IMG/VR virus record: IMGVR_UViG_3300046467_003052
Coordinates: 1 to 42,448 of that record
DNA from: a virus
Taxonomy: Duplodnaviria > Caudoviricetes
Reading direction: 5' to 3' (one strand)
DNA: 42,448 nt
Part shown: positions 27,505 to 37,192 of the stretch, piece by piece
Layout: each line of letters opens with the position of its first letter
Numbering within the stretch: position 1 is the first letter of the stretch
Position numbers and translations under genes: made by a program
The notes under the pieces: model-generated
The model's input: only the letters and a program-made list of their open reading frames with translations
Database searches by the model: none
Told to the model about the DNA's origin: nothing

Positions 27505-27905
27505 AATTAAATGATTATACACAATTTGTTGATTCGATTACAAGTAAAGAATCTACATCGTATCCTGTCTTTTTGCATAAATTGGCAGAATTAGAAGCAT
27601 CAAAAACAAGTATTAATATACCAAGACTTATTACTGCCGCATTTGGTTTGGTATCAGAGGGCGGTGAGTTCACTGAGCAAGTGAAGAAAATTTTATTCCA
27701 AGGCAAACCTTTAAATGACGAACTCCGCACAAGATTAATAAAAGAATTAGGTGACGTAGCATGGTACTGGGCAAATGCCTGTACAGCATTAAATGTAGAT
27801 CCTAATGAAGTATTACAAATAAATGCAGATAAACTCAAAGCAAGGTTTCCCGAAGGACATTTTACCGCTGAACGTAGCGAAAATAGATTAGATGGGGATA
27901 TATGA
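27501..27905 (+). CDS. mazG: MazG-like nucleotide pyrophosphohydrolase
   Basis: GLVSEGGEFTEQVKKILFQGK, KELGDVAWY, N..KL..RFP.G.F. Confidence 0.88.
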   Translation: MKLNDYTQFVDSITSKESTSYPVFLHKLAELEASKTSINIPRLITAAFGLVSEGGEFTEQVKKILFQGKPLNDELRTRLIKELGDVAWYWANACTALNVDPNEVLQINADKLKARFPEGHFTAERSENRLDGDI

Positions 27906-28627
27906 GTGAAGATAGCAAAAACACCGTTAAAATTTATATTGGTGGTTATGGGGGCGAATTTGTATTAGGCAACATCACCGAAGAACAACACGAATATTGG
28001 ACAGCATTAGGTAGTGAGGAATTAGAAAAATATTGTTGGGATGCTTGTGATTATGTAGAAGAAAATAGAATTCCAGAAGACATGGATTTTTTAGAAGGCG
28101 AAGGCTGGCACGAATGTGATAACATAGAACATTGTTATGGTTGTGATTTAGAAAATGCATACATAGATATAGATTTACCTGGAGGAGAAGAAACTATTAA
28201 TTATGACGATGCTTACGCAATTAGAGATAAATATGAAGACGCAGAAGAAAATGCTTTTGATGATATAGGTAAAGACTATTGGCTCGAAGACGAAATGATT
28301 CGTGAAGGAAAAGAAATCTATACCAGTGAAGGCAATAATTATTGTTATGAACCCGGTCATTATTTTACTGCATATAGTAGTGAAAAAGGTGGATTCATTG
28401 ATTGTGAATTTGAACTGCCCGAAGGACACGAATTTGATGAAAGACGATTGGTGTTCAACACAATTGATTTAGATGGAAATGATTTTTTGAATACTATCAG
28501 TTATATTATGCCTGATGATGATCCAAAAGATCCAACTGAATTAGACAGTATGGGTGGTGACACCACCGGAAAAGGATGGGAATGTAACATGTTTGAAATA
28601 ACCCGCCCCGTGGAGGACGATGAATGA
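27902..28627 (+). CDS. Highly acidic hypothetical protein
   Basis: GYGGE, WHECDNIEH, SSEKGGF and DTTGKG blocks; strongly Asp/Glu-rich. Confidence 0.65.
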   Translation: MSEDSKNTVKIYIGGYGGEFVLGNITEEQHEYWTALGSEELEKYCWDACDYVEENRIPEDMDFLEGEGWHECDNIEHCYGCDLENAYIDIDLPGGEETINYDDAYAIRDKYEDAEENAFDDIGKDYWLEDEMIREGKEIYTSEGNNYCYEPGHYFTAYSSEKGGFIDCEFELPEGHEFDERRLVFNTIDLDGNDFLNTISYIMPDDDPKDPTELDSMGGDTTGKGWECNMFEITRPVEDDE

Positions 28628-28707
28628 CATAGATAGGCAACCCGCCACTAAAAATAAGAAACATAAAAAAACACAAAGTGTAAATTAAGAGATAAGGTAT
28701 AAACAAG

Positions 28708-28944
28708 ATGAAAAAGCTATTATTAAGTTTTATTATAATGGCGACATGGATGGTTGTAGGATGTGAAACAGTAAGACAAGTTAAAGCAGGATGTTGGGGT
28801 CATTGGGTGGAATCAAACGATGGAGCCCGAAGCGGACACAAGAAAGGTACAATTTGGTCTAATCGACATAATGTTAAACCATATCGACAATGTGTGGATG
28901 AAAAAGCACCACATATAGATTTAGAAAAAAGGCCATATGGGTGA
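28708..28944 (+). CDS. Small lipoprotein
   Basis: MKK, hydrophobic stretch, VVGC lipobox. Confidence 0.6.
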   Translation: MKKLLLSFIIMATWMVVGCETVRQVKAGCWGHWVESNDGARSGHKKGTIWSNRHNVKPYRQCVDEKAPHIDLEKRPYG

Positions 28945-29174
28945 AGTTAATGAAAAATATAAAAGCAATTATGCTTGTGGTATTTTTCTTAACTGCAAGC
29001 GCATCTTGTTCTTCAACAAAAAGTAATTGGCCTAACGGCATGACACCATTTTTTGCAGAATGCGAAGGAGAAGGTGGAACTTATACAGACAAGGAATATG
29101 CTAAAAGAAAGCAATCACCTTGTCATGGTGGCTGGAAATTTTACGATAGAGGCGAACCCACTTTAACTAATTAA
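28941..29174 (+). CDS. Small lipoprotein-like protein
   Basis: Hydrophobic signal ending ASASC; GTGA overlap with the previous gene (alternative ATG 28950). Confidence 0.55.
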   Translation: MKLMKNIKAIMLVVFFLTASASCSSTKSNWPNGMTPFFAECEGEGGTYTDKEYAKRKQSPCHGGWKFYDRGEPTLTN

Positions 29175-29185
29175 ATAAAGAAATA

Positions 29186-29488
29186 ATGGGTATTAACAAA
29201 ACTATAAATAGATATTGGAAAGACTGGGCAGGATTGGTTTATCTGTTTATATGCCTAGTTGATTTTTTTGTTGCACCATTGGTGTGGAATATAAAAATGG
29301 AAGAGCATTGCAATGATAAAGAACGATATCCAGTTGGTGTTAAATGTGATGCAACTCGTTGGGAACCAATGACATTACAAATGGGCGGAATGTTTCATAT
29401 GTCTTTTGCCGCTATCCTAGGAGTAGCAGGATGGAAGAAGAAAGAAGAAATGGAAGTAGCACATAAAATGAATGGAGAAAATGTTTAA
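29186..29488 (+). CDS. Holin-like membrane protein (GTA 3TM-holin-like)
   Basis: W...AGLVYLFICLVDFFVAP..W...WEPMTLQMGGMFHMSFAAILGVAGW pattern. Confidence 0.55.
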   Translation: MGINKTINRYWKDWAGLVYLFICLVDFFVAPLVWNIKMEEHCNDKERYPVGVKCDATRWEPMTLQMGGMFHMSFAAILGVAGWKKKEEMEVAHKMNGENV

Positions 29489-29526
29489 TCCTTTCTTTGA
29501 CATAAAAATGTTAGAAGAATTTTTTA

Positions 29527-30258
29527 ATGTACAATAGATTCTTTGCATTTGGGTGTAGTTTTACGAATTATATTTGGTATACATGGGCCGATATAATCGC
29601 TTATGATTTCGGTATCCCTTTTCAAAATTGGGGGATTGCTGGCATAGGAAATGTAGGAATTCATGCAAGATTAATTGAATGTGATATTAAAAATAAATTA
29701 ACAGAAAAAGATTTAATCATTGTGCAATGGTCTAGTTGGCCACGTGAAGACAGATATATTAATAATAGATGGCAAGCTGGCGGCAATATTTTTAATAGTT
29801 TGAATAAAAGATATGATAAAATGTTTTTAAAAAAATATTGGGATGTTAATAATGATATAATACAAAATTCAACTGCAATAATATCTGCTCAATGGCTACC
29901 TATTACCTTTCAATTATCAGTTTCTTTAACACATGAATCTATATTAGGACTTAAAGGTATTAATGAAGAAATGTATACAACATATAAAACTGCTTTGCCT
30001 GAAGATATTTTCTATATACCCGAGCACAAAAGCCAATATCCAGACGCTCATCCCGATATTTTAAACCATTTAGATTTTGTAAAACATATATATAAAGAAA
30101 TAGGATTTGAAATAAAAAAAGAAACAGTAGATTATTTTAGTAAAAAACATGATAATATTATGACTGCTATAAAAGAAGTAGGAACAGATGATTGGCAGCG
30201 AGCCAAGCAATTTCCAAAGCCTTTCCGCAATCACAGAGTTAATTACGGTTGGAGTTAA
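29527..30258 (+). CDS. SGNH hydrolase-like phage protein
   Basis: FAFGCSFT, NWGIAGIGN, IIVQWS...RED, DAHP. Confidence 0.6.
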   Translation: MYNRFFAFGCSFTNYIWYTWADIIAYDFGIPFQNWGIAGIGNVGIHARLIECDIKNKLTEKDLIIVQWSSWPREDRYINNRWQAGGNIFNSLNKRYDKMFLKKYWDVNNDIIQNSTAIISAQWLPITFQLSVSLTHESILGLKGINEEMYTTYKTALPEDIFYIPEHKSQYPDAHPDILNHLDFVKHIYKEIGFEIKKETVDYFSKKHDNIMTAIKEVGTDDWQRAKQFPKPFRNHRVNYGWS

Positions 30259-30260
30259 AA

Positions 30261-30488
30261 ATGTTTAATCCTTTTGTTGATTTTTCAAATTTAACTATAG
30301 AACAACTCACTGAAAAGAAAATAGAGTTAACAAAGAAACTTATGGGTATTCAAAACCTACGAGTTAGAGATCAAATATACGGAATTCTTAATCAAATTGA
30401 TTTATTAACACAAGAAAAATCTGAAGCACGATCTCGTAAAGAATACGAAGAATCAGAAGATTATAACGACTCTCTATCAATTGGCTAA
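30261..30488 (+). CDS. Hypothetical helical protein
   Basis: GGAG RBS before ATG 30261; coupled to the DnaE fragment by a TAATG overlap. Confidence 0.65.
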   Translation: MFNPFVDFSNLTIEQLTEKKIELTKKLMGIQNLRVRDQIYGILNQIDLLTQEKSEARSRKEYEESEDYNDSLSIG

Positions 30489-31012
30489 TGTGGTACGATA
30501 ATTATATAGATAGTAACGGCGAAATTATACTTGATGATAAAGCAGTATTTAATTTACTGTATAAAGGAGCCGATTTAGATAATGTTAAGTGCAAGAGGTC
30601 GGGGGATTTAGAGATATATAATAGTATAATAGATGAATACGATCTAAATATATCTAAACTGCAATTTGCAAGCAGTACCGATAATAAAAAAGAATTTATA
30701 CAAAAATGTTTAAATAATTGGTTCGTACCAGAAAAATATACACATATGGATCCGTATCATTACATACGAAATTTAACCAAAACACAACAAGAAAAAGATA
30801 GAGTAGAATTAGAAATACAAATGTTTGAAGAACGTAATATGAAAAATGTATTACGTTTTATGATATTTTTTATAAACTTTATGCGTGAAAATAATATTGT
30901 CTGGGGTGTAGGCAGAGGTAGTTCTGTTGCCAGTTATTGTTTATATCTATTAGGTGTGCATAAAGTAAATAGTTTACATCACGACTTAGACATAAAGGAG
31001 TTTTTAAAATGA
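30488..31012 (+). CDS. dnaE: DNA polymerase III alpha (DnaE)-like fragment covering the GRGS region, without the catalytic PDIDxD
   Basis: RVELEI..F, MRENNIVWGVGRGSSVASYCLYLLGVHKVNSL, ends DIKEFLK. Confidence 0.8.
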   Translation: MWYDNYIDSNGEIILDDKAVFNLLYKGADLDNVKCKRSGDLEIYNSIIDEYDLNISKLQFASSTDNKKEFIQKCLNNWFVPEKYTHMDPYHYIRNLTKTQQEKDRVELEIQMFEERNMKNVLRFMIFFINFMRENNIVWGVGRGSSVASYCLYLLGVHKVNSLHHDLDIKEFLK

Positions 31013-31407
31013 CAATAACAGCAAGAGGTAAAGAAATTAATATGGCATCGTTAATTGCCTCCAATGATACGGCAATTGCCGTTAGTAATGTTAAAATGAA
31101 TGCTAGGGGCGACATATTAGGTCCTGGTGGGGAAATAAAAGTACCAGCCCAAGACGTACAAAAAGAATATTATGAAGAAAAATTAACTGCTCCGGCTGAA
31201 ACAGTTAAAACATTGGATGATTTACAAGAAAAAGTTACTGGTAAAAACCAAAAAACAAAAAAAGAAACAGTAATAGAAGAAAAAGAATGGGAAGTAATTG
31301 CCGAACGTAAATTTAACCGGGATGGCAAAGAGTTTATTGAGTACGAATACTCAGATGGTTCAATTCAAGAAAAGGAGTTATATGCAAATAAGACCACTAA
31401 GAAGTAG
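31009..31407 (+). CDS. Phage hypothetical protein
   Basis: AAGGAG RBS; ARGKEINM...AV.N.KMNARGD.LGPGG motif. Confidence 0.7.
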   Translation: MTITARGKEINMASLIASNDTAIAVSNVKMNARGDILGPGGEIKVPAQDVQKEYYEEKLTAPAETVKTLDDLQEKVTGKNQKTKKETVIEEKEWEVIAERKFNRDGKEFIEYEYSDGSIQEKELYANKTTKK

Positions 31408-31720
31408 AGTGTTAGCAAGTTCGTGTGAACTTGGTGCAAGAAAAACCGAAAGCGGAGTTCATTTATTAGATGATGATGGAAAAGAAGACGGTATTAGACC
31501 TAGATGGTTTATGACACGAGCAATAGGACCAGAACAAAAAGATGTTGTACCTGGACAATATATTTTAGTTTCGCATGGAAGATGGACATGGGCCGCTAGT
31601 GTTCATGATACAGCAAATGGCGAATTCGTTGATGATATTCGCATGATAGACGAAAATGATATATTGGCAGTTTCTGATGAAAGACCAAAAGAATTAGACC
31701 AATATGAAATTACTCATTGA
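31382..31720 (+). CDS. groES: Co-chaperonin GroES-like
   Basis: IRPLRSRVL, RKTESGVHL, AIGPEQKDV.PG..ILV, MIDENDILAV; AAGGAG RBS before ATG 31382. Confidence 0.85.
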   Translation: MQIRPLRSRVLASSCELGARKTESGVHLLDDDGKEDGIRPRWFMTRAIGPEQKDVVPGQYILVSHGRWTWAASVHDTANGEFVDDIRMIDENDILAVSDERPKELDQYEITH

Positions 31721-32558
31721 ACACAATGGTGGATTAGGAGATGCAATAATAGATACTGCATTTATCAAAAAGTTAAAAGAAAAACACCCCGAATATGAAA
31801 TAGATTTATTCACATATTTTGATAATGCAGAAATATTTTATGATGCTGGGTATTTAAACACTATAATTCCTGCACCGAAAAATTACAATCATATACATAT
31901 AGGTGATCAACTTAAAAATAAGTATGATAAACATATTTGTATTACAGGTCTTTTAGGCTGGGCATTTTTTACAAAACAAAAAACCCTATTTCAACAACGA
32001 AGCGAATTATATAATGTTGATGCTTCACCAGATGATATGGAAATATTATTAGATAATGATAAATTGCCTGATAATATTCTTAACGATTTTAATACAATAA
32101 TAGTATTTTCTGCTCCAAAAAACCAATCATTCCAATCTGGTAAAACTATTCACAAAGAAGTTTGGGAACAAATTTTTGACACATATAAAGATCTTGCATT
32201 TTTACAAATAGGAACTAAAGATTACGATATAGAATTTGATAAACGAGACAATGTAATTGATTTAATGGATCAAATATCTATTAGACAAGCATTATCAACT
32301 ATTCCGTTAGCAACTTTTATAATAGGATGTGATAATTTTTTAAATCATGCAAGCAGGGTTTTCAAAAAAAGAGGAGTATTTCTTTGGGGAGCAAACGATC
32401 CCAAACAATATGGTTGGGATCAAAATATAAATTTATATAATAAAAAACATTGTTCGCCATGTTTAACCAGTCACAACGATCATACATGTTGTTTTGCTGG
32501 AGGCATAGATAACATACCTTTTAATGAAATAAAAAAAGCAATAGACGAATTAAAATGA
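31704..32558 (+). CDS. Glycosyltransferase family 9 (heptosyltransferase-like)
   Basis: GGLGDAI, LQIG, IDL...SIRQ....I..A.FIIGCDNFLNH, VFLWG..DP...GW, CSPC. Confidence 0.8.
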   Translation: MKLLIEHNGGLGDAIIDTAFIKKLKEKHPEYEIDLFTYFDNAEIFYDAGYLNTIIPAPKNYNHIHIGDQLKNKYDKHICITGLLGWAFFTKQKTLFQQRSELYNVDASPDDMEILLDNDKLPDNILNDFNTIIVFSAPKNQSFQSGKTIHKEVWEQIFDTYKDLAFLQIGTKDYDIEFDKRDNVIDLMDQISIRQALSTIPLATFIIGCDNFLNHASRVFKKRGVFLWGANDPKQYGWDQNINLYNKKHCSPCLTSHNDHTCCFAGGIDNIPFNEIKKAIDELK

Positions 32559-34189
32559 TAAAAGATATAGTAATAGTAGGCGGAGGTTTTTCCGGATACA
32601 TGACAGGATTATTAATCAAACATGCATTTTGTGATGACCTTTGGCCCGAAATAGCAATTACAATTGTGGAATCTTCTAGTATAGGTACAGTAGGTGTAGG
32701 TGAGTCTACTGCTCAAAATGTTCCAATGCTACTTGCCAAAGTAGGAATAGATCCATTTAAATTTATGAAAGAATCAAACGGAACATTTAAGATGAGTGCA
32801 AGATTTGATAACTGGAATTATGAAGGAGAATCATTCCATCATATGCTTCATTCACTATCTCTTATATTAGACTTGAAATTAGAAAAGAAAAAAATAAATC
32901 TTTTTGATTTTTTTAATCCTTATACCGAAATAGGTGTTGACATATTACATTATCTTGCCAATGAAGATTCAGGAGAATACGGATTCGATAATTTATGTTT
33001 AGAAAATAAAGTGCCTTTTATTAAAACAAACGACTATTATGAAATTCAAAGAATAAAAGCAGGAAATCTGCGAATGGACACAATGGTGGGGAACGATTTA
33101 TCATCGGCATTAGGTATGCATATGGATGCTAATTTATCTGTAGATTTCTTAAAGAAAAAATGTCGTGCTCGAGACATTAGAGTTATAGATGGCAAAGTAA
33201 CAAGTTGGAAACAAAATAAAAAAACAGGAAACTTAACAGAATTAAAATTAGATACAGGTCGAAAAATAAAAGGTGATTTCTTTTTTGATTGCACAGGATT
33301 TAGAAGATTAATATTAGGCGATGTGTTTAAAGAAGAATTTGTAGATTACTCAAAATGGCTTCCACAAAATGCAGTATCATTAATCGATGGTGGAGTAAAA
33401 TATAAAGAAGGCGAAGACCCTAATGTATATACAATATTAGATGCACAAAAACATGGATACATGTTTAAAATACCGCTACGAGATAGAATAGGGTCAGGAT
33501 ATGTTTATTCAGATCGTTTTATAGACAAAGAAACAATTCAAAAAGAGCAATTAGAACATTGGAATAATCAAGGATACGATCCTTCAATAGGTAATCAATT
33601 ATCATGGACACCAGGTAGATATAAACGATCATGGGTTAAAAATTGTGTAGCAGTAGGATTATCGGAAGGATTTTTAGAACCATTAGATGGTAGTGCGTTA
33701 ATTTTGTCATTGGGTTTATTAACACAAGTATTGTTTCCGATGTTTAATAAAAATATGGCGTTTGAAGGATTAGATGTAGACTATTATAATAAACAAGTAA
33801 ATATAGCATACGAACATACAACCGATTATATTTGTTATTGCCATCTTCAAAAAAGAAAAGACTCTGAATATTGGAAATATTTTAAAGAAGATAATAATAT
33901 TCCCGATTCGCTTAAAGAAAAAATTTGGACATATGCACATAGACCTCCGCGTGGATATGAACACTTATCAGATCGCGCAAAACCCTTTGGAGTAGGTTCT
34001 TGGGCAACAATAGGTAAACGATCAGGATTAGCAGGAGGGCATAATGCTCGGAGAGATTTACGCAATTTTAAATTAGAAGAAACAGGCAAATTAATTAAGG
34101 GCATTTGCAACGAAATTAAAAAAGAAGTTGCACAAGATGCAATTACACATAAAGAAATATTAAATTACGTTTATAACCAATATCACTAA
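32555..34189 (+). CDS. Flavin-dependent halogenase-family protein 3 (divergent motifs)
   Basis: GGGFSG, VGVGEST, GTFK, FFDCTGF; YMFKIP replaces WxWxIP; FLEPLDGS. Confidence 0.85.
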   Translation: MIKDIVIVGGGFSGYMTGLLIKHAFCDDLWPEIAITIVESSSIGTVGVGESTAQNVPMLLAKVGIDPFKFMKESNGTFKMSARFDNWNYEGESFHHMLHSLSLILDLKLEKKKINLFDFFNPYTEIGVDILHYLANEDSGEYGFDNLCLENKVPFIKTNDYYEIQRIKAGNLRMDTMVGNDLSSALGMHMDANLSVDFLKKKCRARDIRVIDGKVTSWKQNKKTGNLTELKLDTGRKIKGDFFFDCTGFRRLILGDVFKEEFVDYSKWLPQNAVSLIDGGVKYKEGEDPNVYTILDAQKHGYMFKIPLRDRIGSGYVYSDRFIDKETIQKEQLEHWNNQGYDPSIGNQLSWTPGRYKRSWVKNCVAVGLSEGFLEPLDGSALILSLGLLTQVLFPMFNKNMAFEGLDVDYYNKQVNIAYEHTTDYICYCHLQKRKDSEYWKYFKEDNNIPDSLKEKIWTYAHRPPRGYEHLSDRAKPFGVGSWATIGKRSGLAGGHNARRDLRNFKLEETGKLIKGICNEIKKEVAQDAITHKEILNYVYNQYH

Positions 34190-34198
34190 GGAGAAATT

Positions 34199-35014
34199 AT
34201 GGTTAACGAAGGAGATACACTTCCAGTTGTAACTTGGAATATGTATAGAAGAGAAAGAGGAGTTAATGGTCCAATTGGATACGAGGCAGCCGGGGATAAT
34301 CGACCTCCTCAAACTTGGCAAGAATTTAAATCCGACGAACTGTTCAACGATAGATGTATAATAATTGGTATACCAGGAGCATGGACTGTAAATTGTACAC
34401 ATCAAATGCAAATGTTTGATGGTCAGTTTGATCAGTTGTATACGAAATGTATAGAAAATGTTTATTTTCTATCTGTCAATGATAGTTTTTGTATGCAATC
34501 GTGGATTTGGGCTCACTATGCTATTAAAGTAGATTGGGTAGCCGATGGTAATGGTGAGTTTACAGAAAAAATAGGCATGTTAGTTGACAAATCTGATTGT
34601 GGATATGGAAAACGATCATGGCGGTATGCTATGGTGGTGGAAGATAATAAGGTTGAAAAATTATTTGTTGAAGATGGTATGGCAGATAATGTTGGTGTTA
34701 CCGTTGATCCTTATAAAGAATCACATTACAATAATATTTACTCATATTTGAGGACAACTGGTAGAAAACAAGATCCACCAGACGACTCCCGATGGTATTG
34801 GGATGTTCCTTCGGCAGAAAAAGTGACAAGACCGGAAGATGACATAGGATTTAAAGAAAGGCTTAAACTAACTGCTAGAGAACGAGTAGAGCATAATCAA
34901 GAAAATGCTGATTTTATTAATTTTGATCCAAGTAGAGATTCTATCGCACACAAAGAAAAAGAAGAACAGGACAAAAAAGATAAAGAGATGGAAGGCGGTA
35001 TGTTGGGTACCTAA
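34199..35014 (+). CDS. Peroxiredoxin (Prx5/redoxin-like) with a charged C-terminal extension
   Basis: GIPGAWTVNCT, SVNDSF.M..W, ADGNGEFT, G.RSWRYAMVV. Confidence 0.88.
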   Translation: MVNEGDTLPVVTWNMYRRERGVNGPIGYEAAGDNRPPQTWQEFKSDELFNDRCIIIGIPGAWTVNCTHQMQMFDGQFDQLYTKCIENVYFLSVNDSFCMQSWIWAHYAIKVDWVADGNGEFTEKIGMLVDKSDCGYGKRSWRYAMVVEDNKVEKLFVEDGMADNVGVTVDPYKESHYNNIYSYLRTTGRKQDPPDDSRWYWDVPSAEKVTRPEDDIGFKERLKLTARERVEHNQENADFINFDPSRDSIAHKEKEEQDKKDKEMEGGMLGT

Positions 35015-35565
35015 TGAAATCATTAGACTGTATTGTGGGAGATATAGTACATAAATTAATTAACAAAGAAATAGGTGCTATCTTTCAAGGAAAATTAGAA
35101 TTGGGGCCTAGAGCATTGGGCAATAGATCTATTATTGCCGATGCTAGAATGGACGATGGTAAAGATAGAGTTAATATAGTTAAAAATAGAGAATGGTATA
35201 GGCCATTTGCATGTAGTATATTAGAAGAACACGCACATGATTGGTTTAAAATGGGACGACTTAACTCTTCTCCTTGGATGAGTTATGCTATACCAGTAAA
35301 AGAAGATAAACGGAAACAGATACCTGCTGTTATACATGAAGATGGTACTTGTAGATTACAAACTGTAAATAAAGAACAAAATCCTCTTTATTATGATTTA
35401 ATAAGTGAATTTTACAAACAAACAAATATACCGCTAATACTTAATACAAGTTTTAACTTGGCTGGCCAACCTATTGTTTTTAATCCTGCCCAGGCAGTAG
35501 ATGTTTTTTTAAGTAGTGAATTAAATTTTGTTTATTTTCCCGAAATAAAAAAGGTAATAGTATGA
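35014..35565 (+). CDS. Carbamoyltransferase C-terminal (YrdC-like) domain, stand-alone
   Basis: FQG..ELGPRALGNRSI, VK.REWYRPFA, PAVIH.DGTCRLQTV, LNTSFNLAG.P. Confidence 0.9.
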   Translation: MKSLDCIVGDIVHKLINKEIGAIFQGKLELGPRALGNRSIIADARMDDGKDRVNIVKNREWYRPFACSILEEHAHDWFKMGRLNSSPWMSYAIPVKEDKRKQIPAVIHEDGTCRLQTVNKEQNPLYYDLISEFYKQTNIPLILNTSFNLAGQPIVFNPAQAVDVFLSSELNFVYFPEIKKVIV

Positions 35566-36722
35566 GAATTTTAGGATTAGGCGTTGCCCACGATTCACAG
35601 GCAGTAATATTAAATGACGGTAAACTAGAATCTTATATTAAAGAAGAATCATTAACTTCCAAAAAGCGGGATTCTAATCCAATGAAGGCCGCATTACATT
35701 GTTTATCACTGGGTAGAATGGATTTTGTTGCATATTCATCACCTACTGCCGATATTGCAGAATTATTTGCTACTAATTTTTGGAAAATATTTGCAGAAAA
35801 AATGGCAGAAGCTGAATCAACAGATTTTGCCGGACAACATCATTTATGTCATGCATCTCTTGCTTTTTATGACTCAGGGTTTGATGAAGCATATTCTGTT
35901 GTTGTGGATTCGCAAGGATCAATAGATTACAGAGAAGAACAAGATTGTTTTGTGGGCAGAGAAACAGAAACTATATTTGAAGCATCGTATCCTGCTAATT
36001 TTAAAAGCATAGCACATAATCCTGTTCATTGGTTTGGTATTACTAGATTATATTCACTTATAACAAATTTAATAGGGGAAACAGATTTAGAAAATGGTAA
36101 AACTATGGGGTTAAGTGCCTACGGAACCATAGACGAAAGTTTACCTCCGTTTTTTCAAGGATGGGTTCCATCACGATATTCTAATAGTTTTGGTTGTACA
36201 ATACCATTTAATGAATATAATAGAATACAAACGGCATCAGAATCAAAAGGTGAAAATTTTAGATACGAAATTAAACCCGAAATTGATTTTACACTAAACG
36301 AAATTATAAAAGATGTCGATTGGTTGCAGAGAGGCGAACTGAACGAACTTAAGGAAAAATATCATGATTATGCAAATTTAGCAAAGAAAATGCAAAAAGA
36401 AAGTGAAGATGCTGTCTTAAATTTTGTGTTTGATAATTGTGATTTTGATGCCTGTAAAAACATTTGTTTTAGTGGTGGTTATGCATTAAATTGTTTAGCA
36501 AATTTTAGATATACACAAGAACTACCACCTGATGTAAATATATTCATAGAACCTGTTGCAGATGATGCAGGAATTGCCATTGGAGCCGCAAAACATTTAT
36601 GGCACACAAAAAGTAAAGATATGACTAAACGACCATTAACTAACATTTATCAAGCAAGCCCAAATTGGGATTTAACAAACTTTGAAGAAAACATAAACTT
36701 AATAGAGAGAGAAAATGAGTGA
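35562..36722 (+). CDS. Carbamoyltransferase N-terminal (Kae1-like) domain, stand-alone
   Basis: ILG...HDS, HHLCHA, GKTMGLSAYG, SGGYALNC.AN, EPVADDAGIAIGAA. Confidence 0.9.
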   Translation: MRILGLGVAHDSQAVILNDGKLESYIKEESLTSKKRDSNPMKAALHCLSLGRMDFVAYSSPTADIAELFATNFWKIFAEKMAEAESTDFAGQHHLCHASLAFYDSGFDEAYSVVVDSQGSIDYREEQDCFVGRETETIFEASYPANFKSIAHNPVHWFGITRLYSLITNLIGETDLENGKTMGLSAYGTIDESLPPFFQGWVPSRYSNSFGCTIPFNEYNRIQTASESKGENFRYEIKPEIDFTLNEIIKDVDWLQRGELNELKEKYHDYANLAKKMQKESEDAVLNFVFDNCDFDACKNICFSGGYALNCLANFRYTQELPPDVNIFIEPVADDAGIAIGAAKHLWHTKSKDMTKRPLTNIYQASPNWDLTNFEENINLIERENE

Positions 36723-36966
36723 AACAATTTTATACACACATGTAAAAGTACCAGACTGTTCTTTTTGTAATAAAGCAAAAGAACTACTTGAGGAGAATAA
36801 CATAAAGTTCACTATGCAAACTGTAGGTCAAGATTTAACACCAAGGGACCTTTACAACAAAATAGGATCATATAAAATATTTCCGCAAATTATATACGAA
36901 GGCAATCATTTAAAAGGTGGTTATCCAGATCTTGTTGGTTTATTAGGTGCGGCAGAAACTAGTTAG
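36715..36966 (+). CDS. Glutaredoxin
   Basis: CSFC, AKELL, FPQI, GGYPDL. Confidence 0.88.
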   Translation: MSETILYTHVKVPDCSFCNKAKELLEENNIKFTMQTVGQDLTPRDLYNKIGSYKIFPQIIYEGNHLKGGYPDLVGLLGAAETS

Positions 36967-37192
36967 TTTTTTGTGTTCCGATAACGCAGATGATGAACCT
37001 TGGCATCAAGAAAAAGCCGCAGAATTATTAGAAAAATATAAAATTTGGTTTGATGGTACAAAATTTAAATATGAAAAAGATTATCGATATGTTCAAATGT
37101 ATACACCAGAACATGAGATGCTGAAATTTTATATATTTGCAGATATTACTAATCCCAAACTAAAAGTACTATTCAAACTTCGCTGGTCATAA
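36947..37192 (+). CDS. Hypothetical protein
   Basis: GTG-start ORF coupled on both sides; ends LFKLRWS. Confidence 0.6.
   Translation: MRQKLVSFLCSDNADDEPWHQEKAAELLEKYKIWFDGTKFKYEKDYRYVQMYTPEHEMLKFYIFADITNPKLKVLFKLRWS

Noticed and set aside
30488-31012. Intein- or intron-split dnaE
   Set aside because: No intein N-terminal block follows, and the next ORF has its own RBS and no polymerase motifs.
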